A DNA stretch of 64,000 nt from an uncultured Prevotella sp. (GTDB lineage: Bacteria; Bacteroidota; Bacteroidia; Bacteroidales; Bacteroidaceae). The notes beneath the pieces are model-generated. The model saw only the letters and a program-made list of their open reading frames with translations, was not told the DNA's origin and ran no database searches. The stretch spans positions 19,489 through 83,488 of the forward strand of contig CALDLQ010000093.1 in NCBI GenBank assembly GCA_937914955.1. The letters run 5' to 3'. Made by a program: the position numbers and the translations under genes. Below are positions 1 to 7,672 of the stretch, piece after piece; position 1 is the stretch's first letter; every line of letters begins with the position of its first letter.

Positions 1-1
1 A

Positions 2-730
2 CTGGTGCCTGTTGGAGGAGTGCCCCTGCTCGACCTCAACATACGCAGGCTGAGAGCACAGGGATACGACCGCTTTGTTGTGAATGTCCACCACTTTGCC
101 CAGCAAATCATCGACCATGTCGGCAAGCAGGACTATGCTCCATTGGTGCATTTCAGCGACGAGACGGAGCAACTGCTTGAAACGGGCGGCGGACTGAAGA
201 AGGCCCAACGGCTGTTTCGTGACGACGAGCCAATACTCATCCACAACGTTGACATTCTGGACAATGTGGATTACGAATGGATGCGTCGCCAACACCAAGA
301 CGACGAGGACGCGGTGCTGCTCGTAAGCAAACGCAAGACCAAGCGCTATCTGCTCTTCGACGGGGCCATGCGACTGGTGGGATGGAAGAACATCGAAACT
401 GGCCAGGTGAAGAGTCCTTTTCCTTGGTTGCGCGATTGGGATTTCTCCATCGATGACGATTTGCAGGTGAAAGCGCGTGAGGGAAACTCGCATGCTCAGG
501 CTCCCAGTTCTCAATACTATGCTTTTGCATTCTCGGGCATCCATTCGTTTTCGCCGCGGCTCTTCAGGCTGATGGACCGCTTTCCCGACAGGTTTGGCAT
601 CATTGACTTCTATCTCAGTGTTTGCCACAGGTCTCGGATTGTGGGTTTGCAGAAAAACGACCTGCGGGTGCTTGACGTGGGCAAACTCGACTCACTCTCC
701 GATGCTGAGAACTTCATGAACAAAACCTAA
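2..730 (+). CDS. Nucleotidyltransferase family protein (NTP_transferase, MurU/Man-1-P guanylyltransferase-like), 5'-truncated by the window edge
   Basis: Motifs 'VPVGGVPLL..I.RL', 'VVNVHHFAQQI', 'SDE..LLETGGGLKKA', 'HNVD' and 'DVGKLDSL'. The frame is open to the window start. Confidence 0.8.
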   Translation: MVPVGGVPLLDLNIRRLRAQGYDRFVVNVHHFAQQIIDHVGKQDYAPLVHFSDETEQLLETGGGLKKAQRLFRDDEPILIHNVDILDNVDYEWMRRQHQDDEDAVLLVSKRKTKRYLLFDGAMRLVGWKNIETGQVKSPFPWLRDWDFSIDDDLQVKAREGNSHAQAPSSQYYAFAFSGIHSFSPRLFRLMDRFPDRFGIIDFYLSVCHRSRIVGLQKNDLRVLDVGKLDSLSDAENFMNKT

Positions 731-760
731 TTCTCAATTGCCAATTCTCAATTATCAATA
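731..760. repeat. Degenerate heptamer tandem repeat (caattNN/ccattNN type)
   Basis: ttctcaattgccaattctcaattatcaat. Related tracts occur at 2421-2441, 3017-3057, 3587-3621, ~36360-36375 and ~37108-37150. Confidence 0.7.
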
Positions 761-769
761 AAAAAAGAT

Positions 770-2419
770 ATGAAACAGAAAATCATTATCTTGGACTTCG
801 GTTCGCAAACCACTCAGCTGATAGGCCGACGAGTGCGCGAGCTGGACACTTTTTGCGAGATTCTGCCCTACAACAAGTTCCCCTCTGTTGAGGCGGATTT
901 GCAATCCGGCTCTATCATCGGCGTGATTCTCAGTGGCTCACCCTATTCTGTGCACGACCCAGAGGCATTCAAGGTCGATCTGAGTCAGTTCATGGGAAAA
1001 ATCCCTGTCTTGGGCATTTGCTATGGTGCTCAGTTCCTTTCACATTCTTTGGGAGGAAAAGTGGAGAAGGCTGATTCGCGTGAGTACGGACGGGCCCATC
1101 TGGAGACAGTAGATACCACGAACCCTCTGTTCAAGGGCTTTGAACAGCACTCGCAGGTGTGGATGAGTCATGGTGACACCATCACGGCCATTCCCGAGGG
1201 CTTCAAGGTGATTGGCAGCACCAAGGACGTAAAGAACGCCGCCTTTTGGGCACCCTCCCTACGGGGGAGGGAAGGGGAGGGGCTTCCCGTCTTTGCCGTC
1301 CAGTTCCACCCCGAGGTGTTCCATACGGTGCAGGGATCTCTGCTGCTGAAGAACTTTGTGGTCGATATCTGTGGCTCGAAACAAGACTGGAGTGCTGCTT
1401 CGTTTGTCGATACGACGGTGGCTGAGTTGAAGGAACAGTTGGGCCAGGACCGCGTGATCCTCGGTCTTTCTGGTGGTGTTGATTCTTCCGTTGCTGCCGT
1501 CTTGCTTAATAAAGCCATCGGAAAGAACCTCACTTGTATTTTTGTGGATCATGGTATGCTGCGAAAGAACGAGTTCCAGCAGGTGATGGAAGATTACAAG
1601 GTGCTGGGTCTGAACGTGATAGGGGTGGATGCCTCGGAAAAATTCTTTGCTGACCTGGCTGGAGTGTCCGACCCCGAGCAGAAGCGCAAGATCATCGGCC
1701 GCGACTTCGTGGAGGTGTTCAATGCCGAGGCAAAGAAGATAACCGATGCCCGTTGGCTGGCACAGGGAACCATCTACCCCGACCGCATTGAGAGCCTGAA
1801 CATCACGGGCAAGGTGATCAAGAGTCACCACAACGTGGGCGGACTGCCCAAAGAGATGAATCTGCAGCTCTGCGAACCCTTGAAGTGGCTCTTCAAGGAT
1901 GAGGTGCGACGTGTGGGACGCCAGATGGGCATGCCCGAGCATCTCATCACGCGCCATCCCTTCCCCGGACCCGGACTGGCTGTCCGCATCCTGGGTGACA
2001 TTACGCCTGAGAAAGTGCGCATCTTGCAGGATGCCGACGACATCTATATCCGCGGCCTGCGCGACTATAAGGTGAAACTCTCTGGTGAAGAAGCTCGTAA
2101 GGTGCTGGCTGCCGGTGTACCCGCAGCCATGCAAGATGGAGAAATAGAAGTCTCGCTCTACGATCAGATATGGCAGGCAGGAGCCATTCTTCTGAGCACC
2201 GTGCGCAGTGTTGGCGTGATGGGCGATGAGCGCACCTACGAGCATCCCGTAGCTCTGCGAGCCGTCACCAGCACCGACGCCATGACTGCCGACTGGGCTC
2301 ATCTGCCCTACGACTTCATGGCCCGCGTGAGCAACGAGATTATCAATAAGGTGAAAGGCGTCAATCGCGTCTGCTACGACATCTCGTCGAAGCCACCCGC
2401 AACAATCGAGTGGGAGTGA
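770..2419 (+). CDS. guaA: GMP synthase (glutamine-hydrolysing)
   Basis: 'ILDFGSQ', 'GICYG', 'QFHPEV', 'LSGGVDSSV', '[11 protein letters not shown]', C-terminal '[10 protein letters not shown]'. Confidence 0.99.
   Translation: MKQKIIILDFGSQTTQLIGRRVRELDTFCEILPYNKFPSVEADLQSGSIIGVILSGSPYSVHDPEAFKVDLSQFMGKIPVLGICYGAQFLSHSLGGKVEKADSREYGRAHLETVDTTNPLFKGFEQHSQVWMSHGDTITAIPEGFKVIGSTKDVKNAAFWAPSLRGREGEGLPVFAVQFHPEVFHTVQGSLLLKNFVVDICGSKQDWSAASFVDTTVAELKEQLGQDRVILGLSGGVDSSVAAVLLNKAIGKNLTCIFVDHGMLRKNEFQQVMEDYKVLGLNVIGVDASEKFFADLAGVSDPEQKRKIIGRDFVEVFNAEAKKITDARWLAQGTIYPDRIESLNITGKVIKSHHNVGGLPKEMNLQLCEPLKWLFKDEVRRVGRQMGMPEHLITRHPFPGPGLAVRILGDITPEKVRILQDADDIYIRGLRDYKVKLSGEEARKVLAAGVPAAMQDGEIEVSLYDQIWQAGAILLSTVRSVGVMGDERTYEHPVALRAVTSTDAMTADWAHLPYDFMARVSNEIINKVKGVNRVCYDISSKPPATIEWE
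1251..1283 (+). repeat. REP-like G/C palindrome lying in-frame inside guaA
   Basis: caccctccctacgggggagggaaggggagggg resembles the reverse complement of the intergenic element at 57125-57160. Confidence 0.55.
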
Positions 2420-2463
2420 TGGACCATTGATAATTGACCATGTAGGATTGATAATGGGTCATT

Positions 2464-3018
2464 ATGAAAATTCCATTTAACATCATCGAACAATTGAAGC
2501 GCAAGTCGGGAAACGGCTTGCGCTTACCGTCTGATTGTGAATATCTGTCGCTCGACATCGAAAGCAAGACGGGAGTGCGCATTGGAGCCACCACCCTGAA
2601 ACGGCTCTTGGGTTTTGCCAGCGACGAACGGCAACCGCACACCAGTACGCTCGACGCCATAGCCCGCTATCTGGGCTATAAGCATTGGGACGAACTGGCC
2701 AAGATGGAGGACAAGGGCAACTCGGACTTTGGCACAACCGACGAGGAAGTGCGTTCGGCCGATGTGTCGCCGGGCTCAGAGGTGCTGTTTACCTATCTGC
2801 CCGACCGCCGGGTGCGGTTGCACTACTTGGGTGGCTGTCGTTATCGGGTGGTAGAGAGTGAGAATAGCAAATTGTTGGTGGGCGACGAACTGGAAGTGCA
2901 GAACTTCGTGCTTCACCATCCCTTGCTGGCCGTCAACGTTTGGCGCGGCTGCCAGTCGTTGGGGCCGTTTACGGCCGGGCGAGTCTCCGGTCTGTCCTCT
3001 GTCAAGGTCTTATCCTGA
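2464..3018 (+). CDS. Hypothetical protein with a probable N-terminal helix-turn-helix-like domain and a C-terminal beta-rich domain
   Basis: 'LSLDIESKTGVRIGATTLKRLLGF...PHTSTLDAIARYLGY' has an XRE/HTH-like helical pattern. It lies directly upstream of a kinase gene. Confidence 0.55.
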   Translation: MKIPFNIIEQLKRKSGNGLRLPSDCEYLSLDIESKTGVRIGATTLKRLLGFASDERQPHTSTLDAIARYLGYKHWDELAKMEDKGNSDFGTTDEEVRSADVSPGSEVLFTYLPDRRVRLHYLGGCRYRVVESENSKLLVGDELEVQNFVLHHPLLAVNVWRGCQSLGPFTAGRVSGLSSVKVLS

Positions 3019-3061
3019 TTGTCAATTCTCAATTCACAATTACTAATTCTCAATTCACGAA

Positions 3062-4345
3062 ATGGATTCTTCATGTTTCTCAGATGTCCCCCTTCTGTTC
3101 GACGGCATGGAGCAGATAGCATCCCGGGGCTTTTCCTGTGATGCCTATCGAGTGAAAATCTATGGAAAACTGCATTTCCTGAAACGGTTGAAACCGCTAT
3201 ATGCTGCTGACATCCGCTATCAGGAAGCTATCCGCAAGGAGTTCGAGACAGGCTACCGACTGGAGCATCCCAACATCGTACGCTATATCTCCTTTTCAGA
3301 CGATGGCATCTTGATGGAATATGTGGATGGCGAAACGCTCAGTCAACGTCTCTCCAGTCATCCCGAATACTTTGAGAGCAAGAAAAATACCGAGAAGTTC
3401 CTTCGCCAGTTGCTCAATGCCGTTGGCTATCTGCACAGCCATCAGGTGCTTCATCTCGACTTGAAGCCCGACAACATTCTGCTTACGCGCATTAACGATG
3501 ACGTGAAACTCATCGATCTCGGCTGCTGCTATACCGACGGGTTTGTCGATACACACGGCTTTACTGAAAGTTTTGCTGCTCCAGAACAATTGTCCATTAT
3601 CCATTGCCCATTGTCAATTAGGACAGACATCTACGCCATCGGCAAGATAATGGAACTCTTGCCGCATCACCATATATATAATAAGGTGATAGGAAAATGT
3701 ACGGCACAGCTTCCTGAGAATCGCTATCAGAGCATTGCCGATTTGCAGAAGGCTCTCCTTCCTAAGCGTAAGCCTTGGCGATGGGCATTGTTGGCACTTC
3801 TCCTTGTCATCTTCTTCCTGGGCTATCTGCTGTTTGCCAAAAATGATAGTCATTTTTCAGAGCCAATGGAATCTCCAGTGGAGAACAAGACCGTACAGGA
3901 GCAACCCCTACCGCCTGTGCAAAGTGTGCCATCCGCTACAGCAAAGAAGAATGAATCGACAAAAGAGCAGCAACAAATAACTCCGTCTGCGCTCCCTCCA
4001 ATAAAGAAAGAACTATCCGAAGAGGAACAAGCGTTTCTGGATCAGCCCCATCTGAGAACTGTCACATCAGAAGAGTTCTCACGCTACAAACAACGGTTGG
4101 CCGAATATTATCGTGAGGCAAATGCTTTTCTCAACGACTCATCCAACTACCGGAAATATCCTTCCCACCAGGCCTATTTGCGACGCTATCAAGATATTGT
4201 CTATGAGACCCTGCAGCGAATCAAGGCTGACGAATGGTTCCATCCGCTATACAACAGCCCTATGAATCCCATCAGTTCCTATACACGGAAATACAAAGCC
4301 GACTTGGAGCATCGTGCCTTTGTCAACAGTAATCAACTGCCGTAA
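3062..4345 (+). CDS. Membrane-anchored Hanks-type Ser/Thr protein kinase
   Basis: LKRLK (catalytic Lys), EFE (helix C Glu), HPNIV, HLDLKPDNIL, DLG (DFG variant), APEQ, DIYAIG. A single TM 'WALLALLLVIFFLGYLLFA' is followed by a Pro/Gln linker and a C-terminal domain. Confidence 0.9.
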   Translation: MDSSCFSDVPLLFDGMEQIASRGFSCDAYRVKIYGKLHFLKRLKPLYAADIRYQEAIRKEFETGYRLEHPNIVRYISFSDDGILMEYVDGETLSQRLSSHPEYFESKKNTEKFLRQLLNAVGYLHSHQVLHLDLKPDNILLTRINDDVKLIDLGCCYTDGFVDTHGFTESFAAPEQLSIIHCPLSIRTDIYAIGKIMELLPHHHIYNKVIGKCTAQLPENRYQSIADLQKALLPKRKPWRWALLALLLVIFFLGYLLFAKNDSHFSEPMESPVENKTVQEQPLPPVQSVPSATAKKNESTKEQQQITPSALPPIKKELSEEEQAFLDQPHLRTVTSEEFSRYKQRLAEYYREANAFLNDSSNYRKYPSHQAYLRRYQDIVYETLQRIKADEWFHPLYNSPMNPISSYTRKYKADLEHRAFVNSNQLP

Positions 4346-4390
4346 TAACAAAAAAACGACTCAAATGAATGTTGTTTGCTTAATTTTTTT

Positions 4391-4398
4391 TATCTTTG
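4391..4398 (+). promoter_or_regulatory. Bacteroidetes -7 promoter box for the TA operon
   Basis: TATCTTTG matches TAnnTTTG, about 22 nt before the ATG at 4421. Confidence 0.7.
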
Positions 4399-4420
4399 CA
4401 GCAAATAATAAGGAATTACT

Positions 4421-4651
4421 ATGTCATATAACCAGTTAGCGCAGTTGGAACTCATGAACGCCATTAATAGCATCAACTCTGAATCAGAGCTACAAGAGTT
4501 CAGAGATTTGCTGGCACGCTATTTTGCCCAAAAAGCACAGAAAGCAATCGATACCTTATGGGACAACGGTGTCATTAATGAGGACACCATTGAAGCATGG
4601 GGCGAGGAACACATGCGCACCCCTTATCGATATGAGGAGAATCGTTCTTGA
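4421..4651 (+). CDS. Probable antitoxin of a type II TA pair
   Basis: 76-aa helical protein whose end overlaps the start of a PIN-domain gene. Confidence 0.7.
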   Translation: MSYNQLAQLELMNAINSINSESELQEFRDLLARYFAQKAQKAIDTLWDNGVINEDTIEAWGEEHMRTPYRYEENRS

Positions 4652-5042
4652 TACAAACTGCCTTTTGCAGTCACTCCCTACGAAAAGTCCATACCATAAG
4701 ATATGGACAGACATACTTGATGGACGTATTCAATTGTGCGTCAATACTGAAATTATGAATGAATACGAAGAAATTATATCCATTAAGACGAACAAGTATA
4801 TTGCGCGCAATATTGTTGAGGCAATAGCAAGATTGAACACAACATATTACCAAGAGGCTTACTATCATTTCGGATTGATTGAGACTGATCCAGACGACAA
4901 TAAGTTTGTTGATTGTGCTGTTGCAGCAGGTGCAGAATTCATAGTAACCAACGATAAGCATTTTGAGGTCTTGAAGACCACTCCTTGGCCTAATATTTCG
5001 ATTATTAAGATAAAGGACTTTATAGTTCAGATATCTCATTAG
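4632..5042 (+). CDS. PIN-domain (VapC-like) toxin
   Basis: ATG at 4632 gives 'MRRIVLDTN'. Also 'EI..EY.E', 'DPDDNKFVDCA' and 'IVTNDKHF', which supply the PIN acidic residues. Confidence 0.9.
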   Translation: MRRIVLDTNCLLQSLPTKSPYHKIWTDILDGRIQLCVNTEIMNEYEEIISIKTNKYIARNIVEAIARLNTTYYQEAYYHFGLIETDPDDNKFVDCAVAAGAEFIVTNDKHFEVLKTTPWPNISIIKIKDFIVQISH

Positions 5043-5061
5043 AAATAATAGTTTTTTTGTG

Positions 5062-5096
5062 AAATGGAAGAAATGGTCGCGCCGTTTCTTCCATTT
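5062..5096. promoter_or_regulatory. 15-bp inverted repeat (TA terminator or operator)
   Basis: aaatggaagaaatgg-tcgcg-ccgtttcttccattt, just upstream of a -7-like box TATCTTCG at 5112-5119. Confidence 0.5.
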
Positions 5097-5162
5097 TTCA
5101 TTTTTCCGTTATATCTTCGCAGTCGTAAACATAAGTGTAACCCTTTAAAAACTGTATTGACA

Positions 5163-5453
5163 ATGAAAAGAATCGTCATGCTATTCATGTTCTGCGGTCT
5201 GATGCTCACGGCCTTGGCCGACTGGACATACGGAACAGCCTATTTCCAAGGTTCTCAACCCTCCCATTGCCTGAATCACGGCGGAGTGATGATTTGGTAT
5301 GATGGCGACCTTAAACAGACAGGCCTCAATGGCGGTGTAGAGATTTGGGAGGGCACAGGCGACATCTGCGTGGCCTATCCAAAAAACTACAATGGCCCCA
5401 AGATGCGCTTCTTGTCTAAGGGTGGCTCCGTGCAGATTCAGTATCTGAAGTAA
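5163..5453 (+). CDS. Small secreted hypothetical protein (96 aa)
   Basis: ATG 5163 gives the signal-peptide-like 'MKRIVMLFMFCGLMLTALA'. The mature part is beta-rich with two Cys. Confidence 0.7.
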   Translation: MKRIVMLFMFCGLMLTALADWTYGTAYFQGSQPSHCLNHGGVMIWYDGDLKQTGLNGGVEIWEGTGDICVAYPKNYNGPKMRFLSKGGSVQIQYLK

Positions 5454-5581
5454 CTCCCATTCCTTTCTAGGGACTTGCAGGGCATTTGTTCTTCCAGTCC
5501 ATCAATGTGCCGATTTTGAATAATTTTAAGTACCATCGCAAAAAAACAGCTCACAAAGAACGTCGTTTGCTAATTTTTTCT

Positions 5582-5589
5582 TATATTTG
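5582..5589 (+). promoter_or_regulatory. -7 promoter box ahead of the rSAM leader
   Basis: TATATTTG. A second box, TATCTTTG, lies at 5781-5788. Confidence 0.65.
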
Positions 5590-5592
5590 CGG

Positions 5593-5842
5593 TGTCGTTC
5601 AATAAAGGGCGACAAACTTAGTAGGAAGCGTTTAGCTTTCATCTGTACCGAAAAGTCTGGTAAACTTGAAACGTACAACAGATGAATGTGAACACGTTCT
5701 CTCCTTGGTTGGAATATACCATGCCGAGCCGTCATTGGCTGACATCATATATATCCTCCAAGGGTGTGGGCTGTTTCTTTTATCTTTGTACAGGTTTTAC
5801 CAGAGCCTTCGGTAGGATAGACTGAAAGGCTCACACCTTCCT
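5593..5842 (+). ncRNA. Putative structured 5' leader RNA with alternative pairings
   Basis: 5' hairpin at 5593-5614. Long imperfect complementarity between 5623-5668 and 5791-5842. A competing 12-bp pairing between 5761-5772 and 5828-5839. Confidence 0.55.
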
Positions 5843-5867
5843 GTTTATAACATATAAGGTAAAACCA

Positions 5868-7436
5868 ATGACAGACAACAATAAATATTACCGCCCAGTA
5901 TGGACGTGTGGCAGATACAATGAGAAAGCGCAGGCAGCAATCTACTACAATCTGATTGCTGGCATGAGTTATTTCTTCGAGAGTTACTCGGCAATGGTAA
6001 TTGGTGAGATACTTTCTGTGCATAGAAATGGCGAGATAAGTCTTGAAGATATCGCTAAACGACTGAATATAGCGATGGAGAGCCTTGCCCCGTTCTTTCA
6101 TCAACTGGAACAGATGGGAATTGTTTCATCAGTGTTGCCAACTGACAATATGATTGCAGACTATCGCAGACGAGTTAGCGAATACAACTGTCAACAAGCA
6201 CAAACAGTAGAGAAAACTACTCAAGAAAAACTTCCTTATGCAATATCTAATGCTGAAAGGCTATACACAGAGAAAGTAGGCGGCATCACAAGCGTGATGT
6301 TTGAACTTACTTATTGCTGTAGCGAGAAGTGCATCCATTGCTATAATGAAGGAGCCACAAGAAATGATGAAGAAGTCAGCACTCGTGGCGATAGAGAGGA
6401 ACTGACGCTTGACGAGTATAAACATTTGGTAGATGACCTGTATGAGCAGGGTCTTGTCAAGGTTTGTCTGACAGGTGGCGACCCATTTTCTAAATCGTTT
6501 GCGTGGGAGTTGATAAACTACCTATATAATAAAGGTATAGCCTTCGACGTATTCACCAATGGCCAGCGGATAGTCAATGATGTTGAAAGGCTGGCAAATT
6601 ATTATCCGCGCTTGGTAGGCGTATCTATTTATAGTGGAATTTCTGAAGTGCATGACTATATCACCCGTATCAAAGGCTCTTGGGAGCGTTCCTTGTCAGT
6701 AGTACGCCAGCTATCGGCATTTGGTGTCCCGATGAATCTGAAGTGCTGTGTGATGCGGCCCAACGTGAAGTCGTATTACATGGTGGCTGATATTGCCAAA
6801 CAATATGGTGCAGTGCCTCAGTTTGAAATCAGTCTGACAGATTCTATTGAGGGTGACAAATGTGTCAGTAAGTATCTGCGCATGACTCCAGAGCAACTCG
6901 AGATAGTCCTGCGTGATGATAATATAGCCTTGTATGTAGGCAAGGAAGCACCTAACTATGGTGGACAACAGAAGCCGATGGATGAGAATCCATGCGGTGC
7001 TGGTGACAATTCTTTTTGCATTACTCCAGAGGGAAATCTGATTCCTTGCTGTTCTTTCCATACGTTGTTTGGAAATATTAAGCAGCAGAGTATTTCGGAT
7101 GTCATTAAGGGCAGTAAAGAACTAGCATATTGGAGAGGACTGAAACTGAGTGACTACGAAGAGTGTGGACAACACGATTATTGTGCTTATTGCAACCTCT
7201 GTCCTGGCAACAACTTTATAGAGCATGGTACGCCATTAAAGGCATCAGAAGTAAACTGTTCTATGGCAAAAGTACGTTATAACCTCGCTCAAAAGATGAT
7301 GCAAGGATATGACCCACTGAATGGAAAAACGCTACGAAAACGGTTGGACGAGTTATCAGACTTCGTGTCGGCAAAGATAAGAAAGGAAATGTCGCTAAAC
7401 GATTATAGCGATACGAGATTAAAGGTAGGTGGGTAA
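5868..7436 (+). CDS. Radical SAM/SPASM peptide maturase with an N-terminal PqqD/RRE-like domain
   Basis: CSEKCIHC (CX3CX2C), LTGGDP and FTNG. SPASM Cys set 'CGAG...CITPEGNLIPCC...GNI...C..C....YCNLCPG...C'. The N-terminal ~90 aa show a three-strand/three-helix wHTH pattern. Confidence 0.93.
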   Translation: MTDNNKYYRPVWTCGRYNEKAQAAIYYNLIAGMSYFFESYSAMVIGEILSVHRNGEISLEDIAKRLNIAMESLAPFFHQLEQMGIVSSVLPTDNMIADYRRRVSEYNCQQAQTVEKTTQEKLPYAISNAERLYTEKVGGITSVMFELTYCCSEKCIHCYNEGATRNDEEVSTRGDREELTLDEYKHLVDDLYEQGLVKVCLTGGDPFSKSFAWELINYLYNKGIAFDVFTNGQRIVNDVERLANYYPRLVGVSIYSGISEVHDYITRIKGSWERSLSVVRQLSAFGVPMNLKCCVMRPNVKSYYMVADIAKQYGAVPQFEISLTDSIEGDKCVSKYLRMTPEQLEIVLRDDNIALYVGKEAPNYGGQQKPMDENPCGAGDNSFCITPEGNLIPCCSFHTLFGNIKQQSISDVIKGSKELAYWRGLKLSDYEECGQHDYCAYCNLCPGNNFIEHGTPLKASEVNCSMAKVRYNLAQKMMQGYDPLNGKTLRKRLDELSDFVSAKIRKEMSLNDYSDTRLKVGG

Positions 7437-7485
7437 GTGTGGTTCCCCAAGAAATATTACACATAACCTCTAAACATTTACAACT

Positions 7486-7590
7486 ATGAAGGTAGATTTG
7501 AATGTTAGCGCAGCATCTAAGGTAATGACAGCAAACGGTTGCCCAAAGCTGTATGAGTCTTCATGCGGTGTTATGTATCGTCAGAGCTAA
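7486..7590 (+). CDS. Putative RiPP precursor peptide, 34 aa: MKVDLNVSAASKVMTANGCPKLYESSCGVMYRQS
   Basis: Translated by hand; too short for the ORF track. AT-rich Bacteroidetes-style start context (taaacatttacaactATG), 49 nt after the rSAM stop, Cys/Tyr/Ser concentrated in the C-terminal half, and a hairpin follows. Confidence 0.75.
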   Translation: MKVDLNVSAASKVMTANGCPKLYESSCGVMYRQS

Positions 7591-7606
7591 AGGCTACTTT
7601 TTAATG

Positions 7607-7636
7607 GCATGGGGAATGGTATGCTTTTCCCCATGC
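7607..7636 (+). terminator. Stem-loop after the peptide gene (stabiliser or leaky terminator)
   Basis: gcatggggaa/ttccccatgc forms a perfect 10-bp stem with no clean U-tract. Confidence 0.6.
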
Positions 7637-7672
7637 TCTTACACAAACAGACAATAACTTTATAATCTAAAA

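Noticed and set aside
2071..2157. Second insertion in GuaA ([27 protein letters not shown]) as an intein or mobile element
   Set aside because: Too short, no intein terminal motifs and no repeat structure; likely a lineage-specific loop.
2400..2419. guaA 3' end as an attachment site with a duplicated copy at the far end of the accessory region
   Set aside because: No convincing second copy near 14580-14700 and no integrase in the window.
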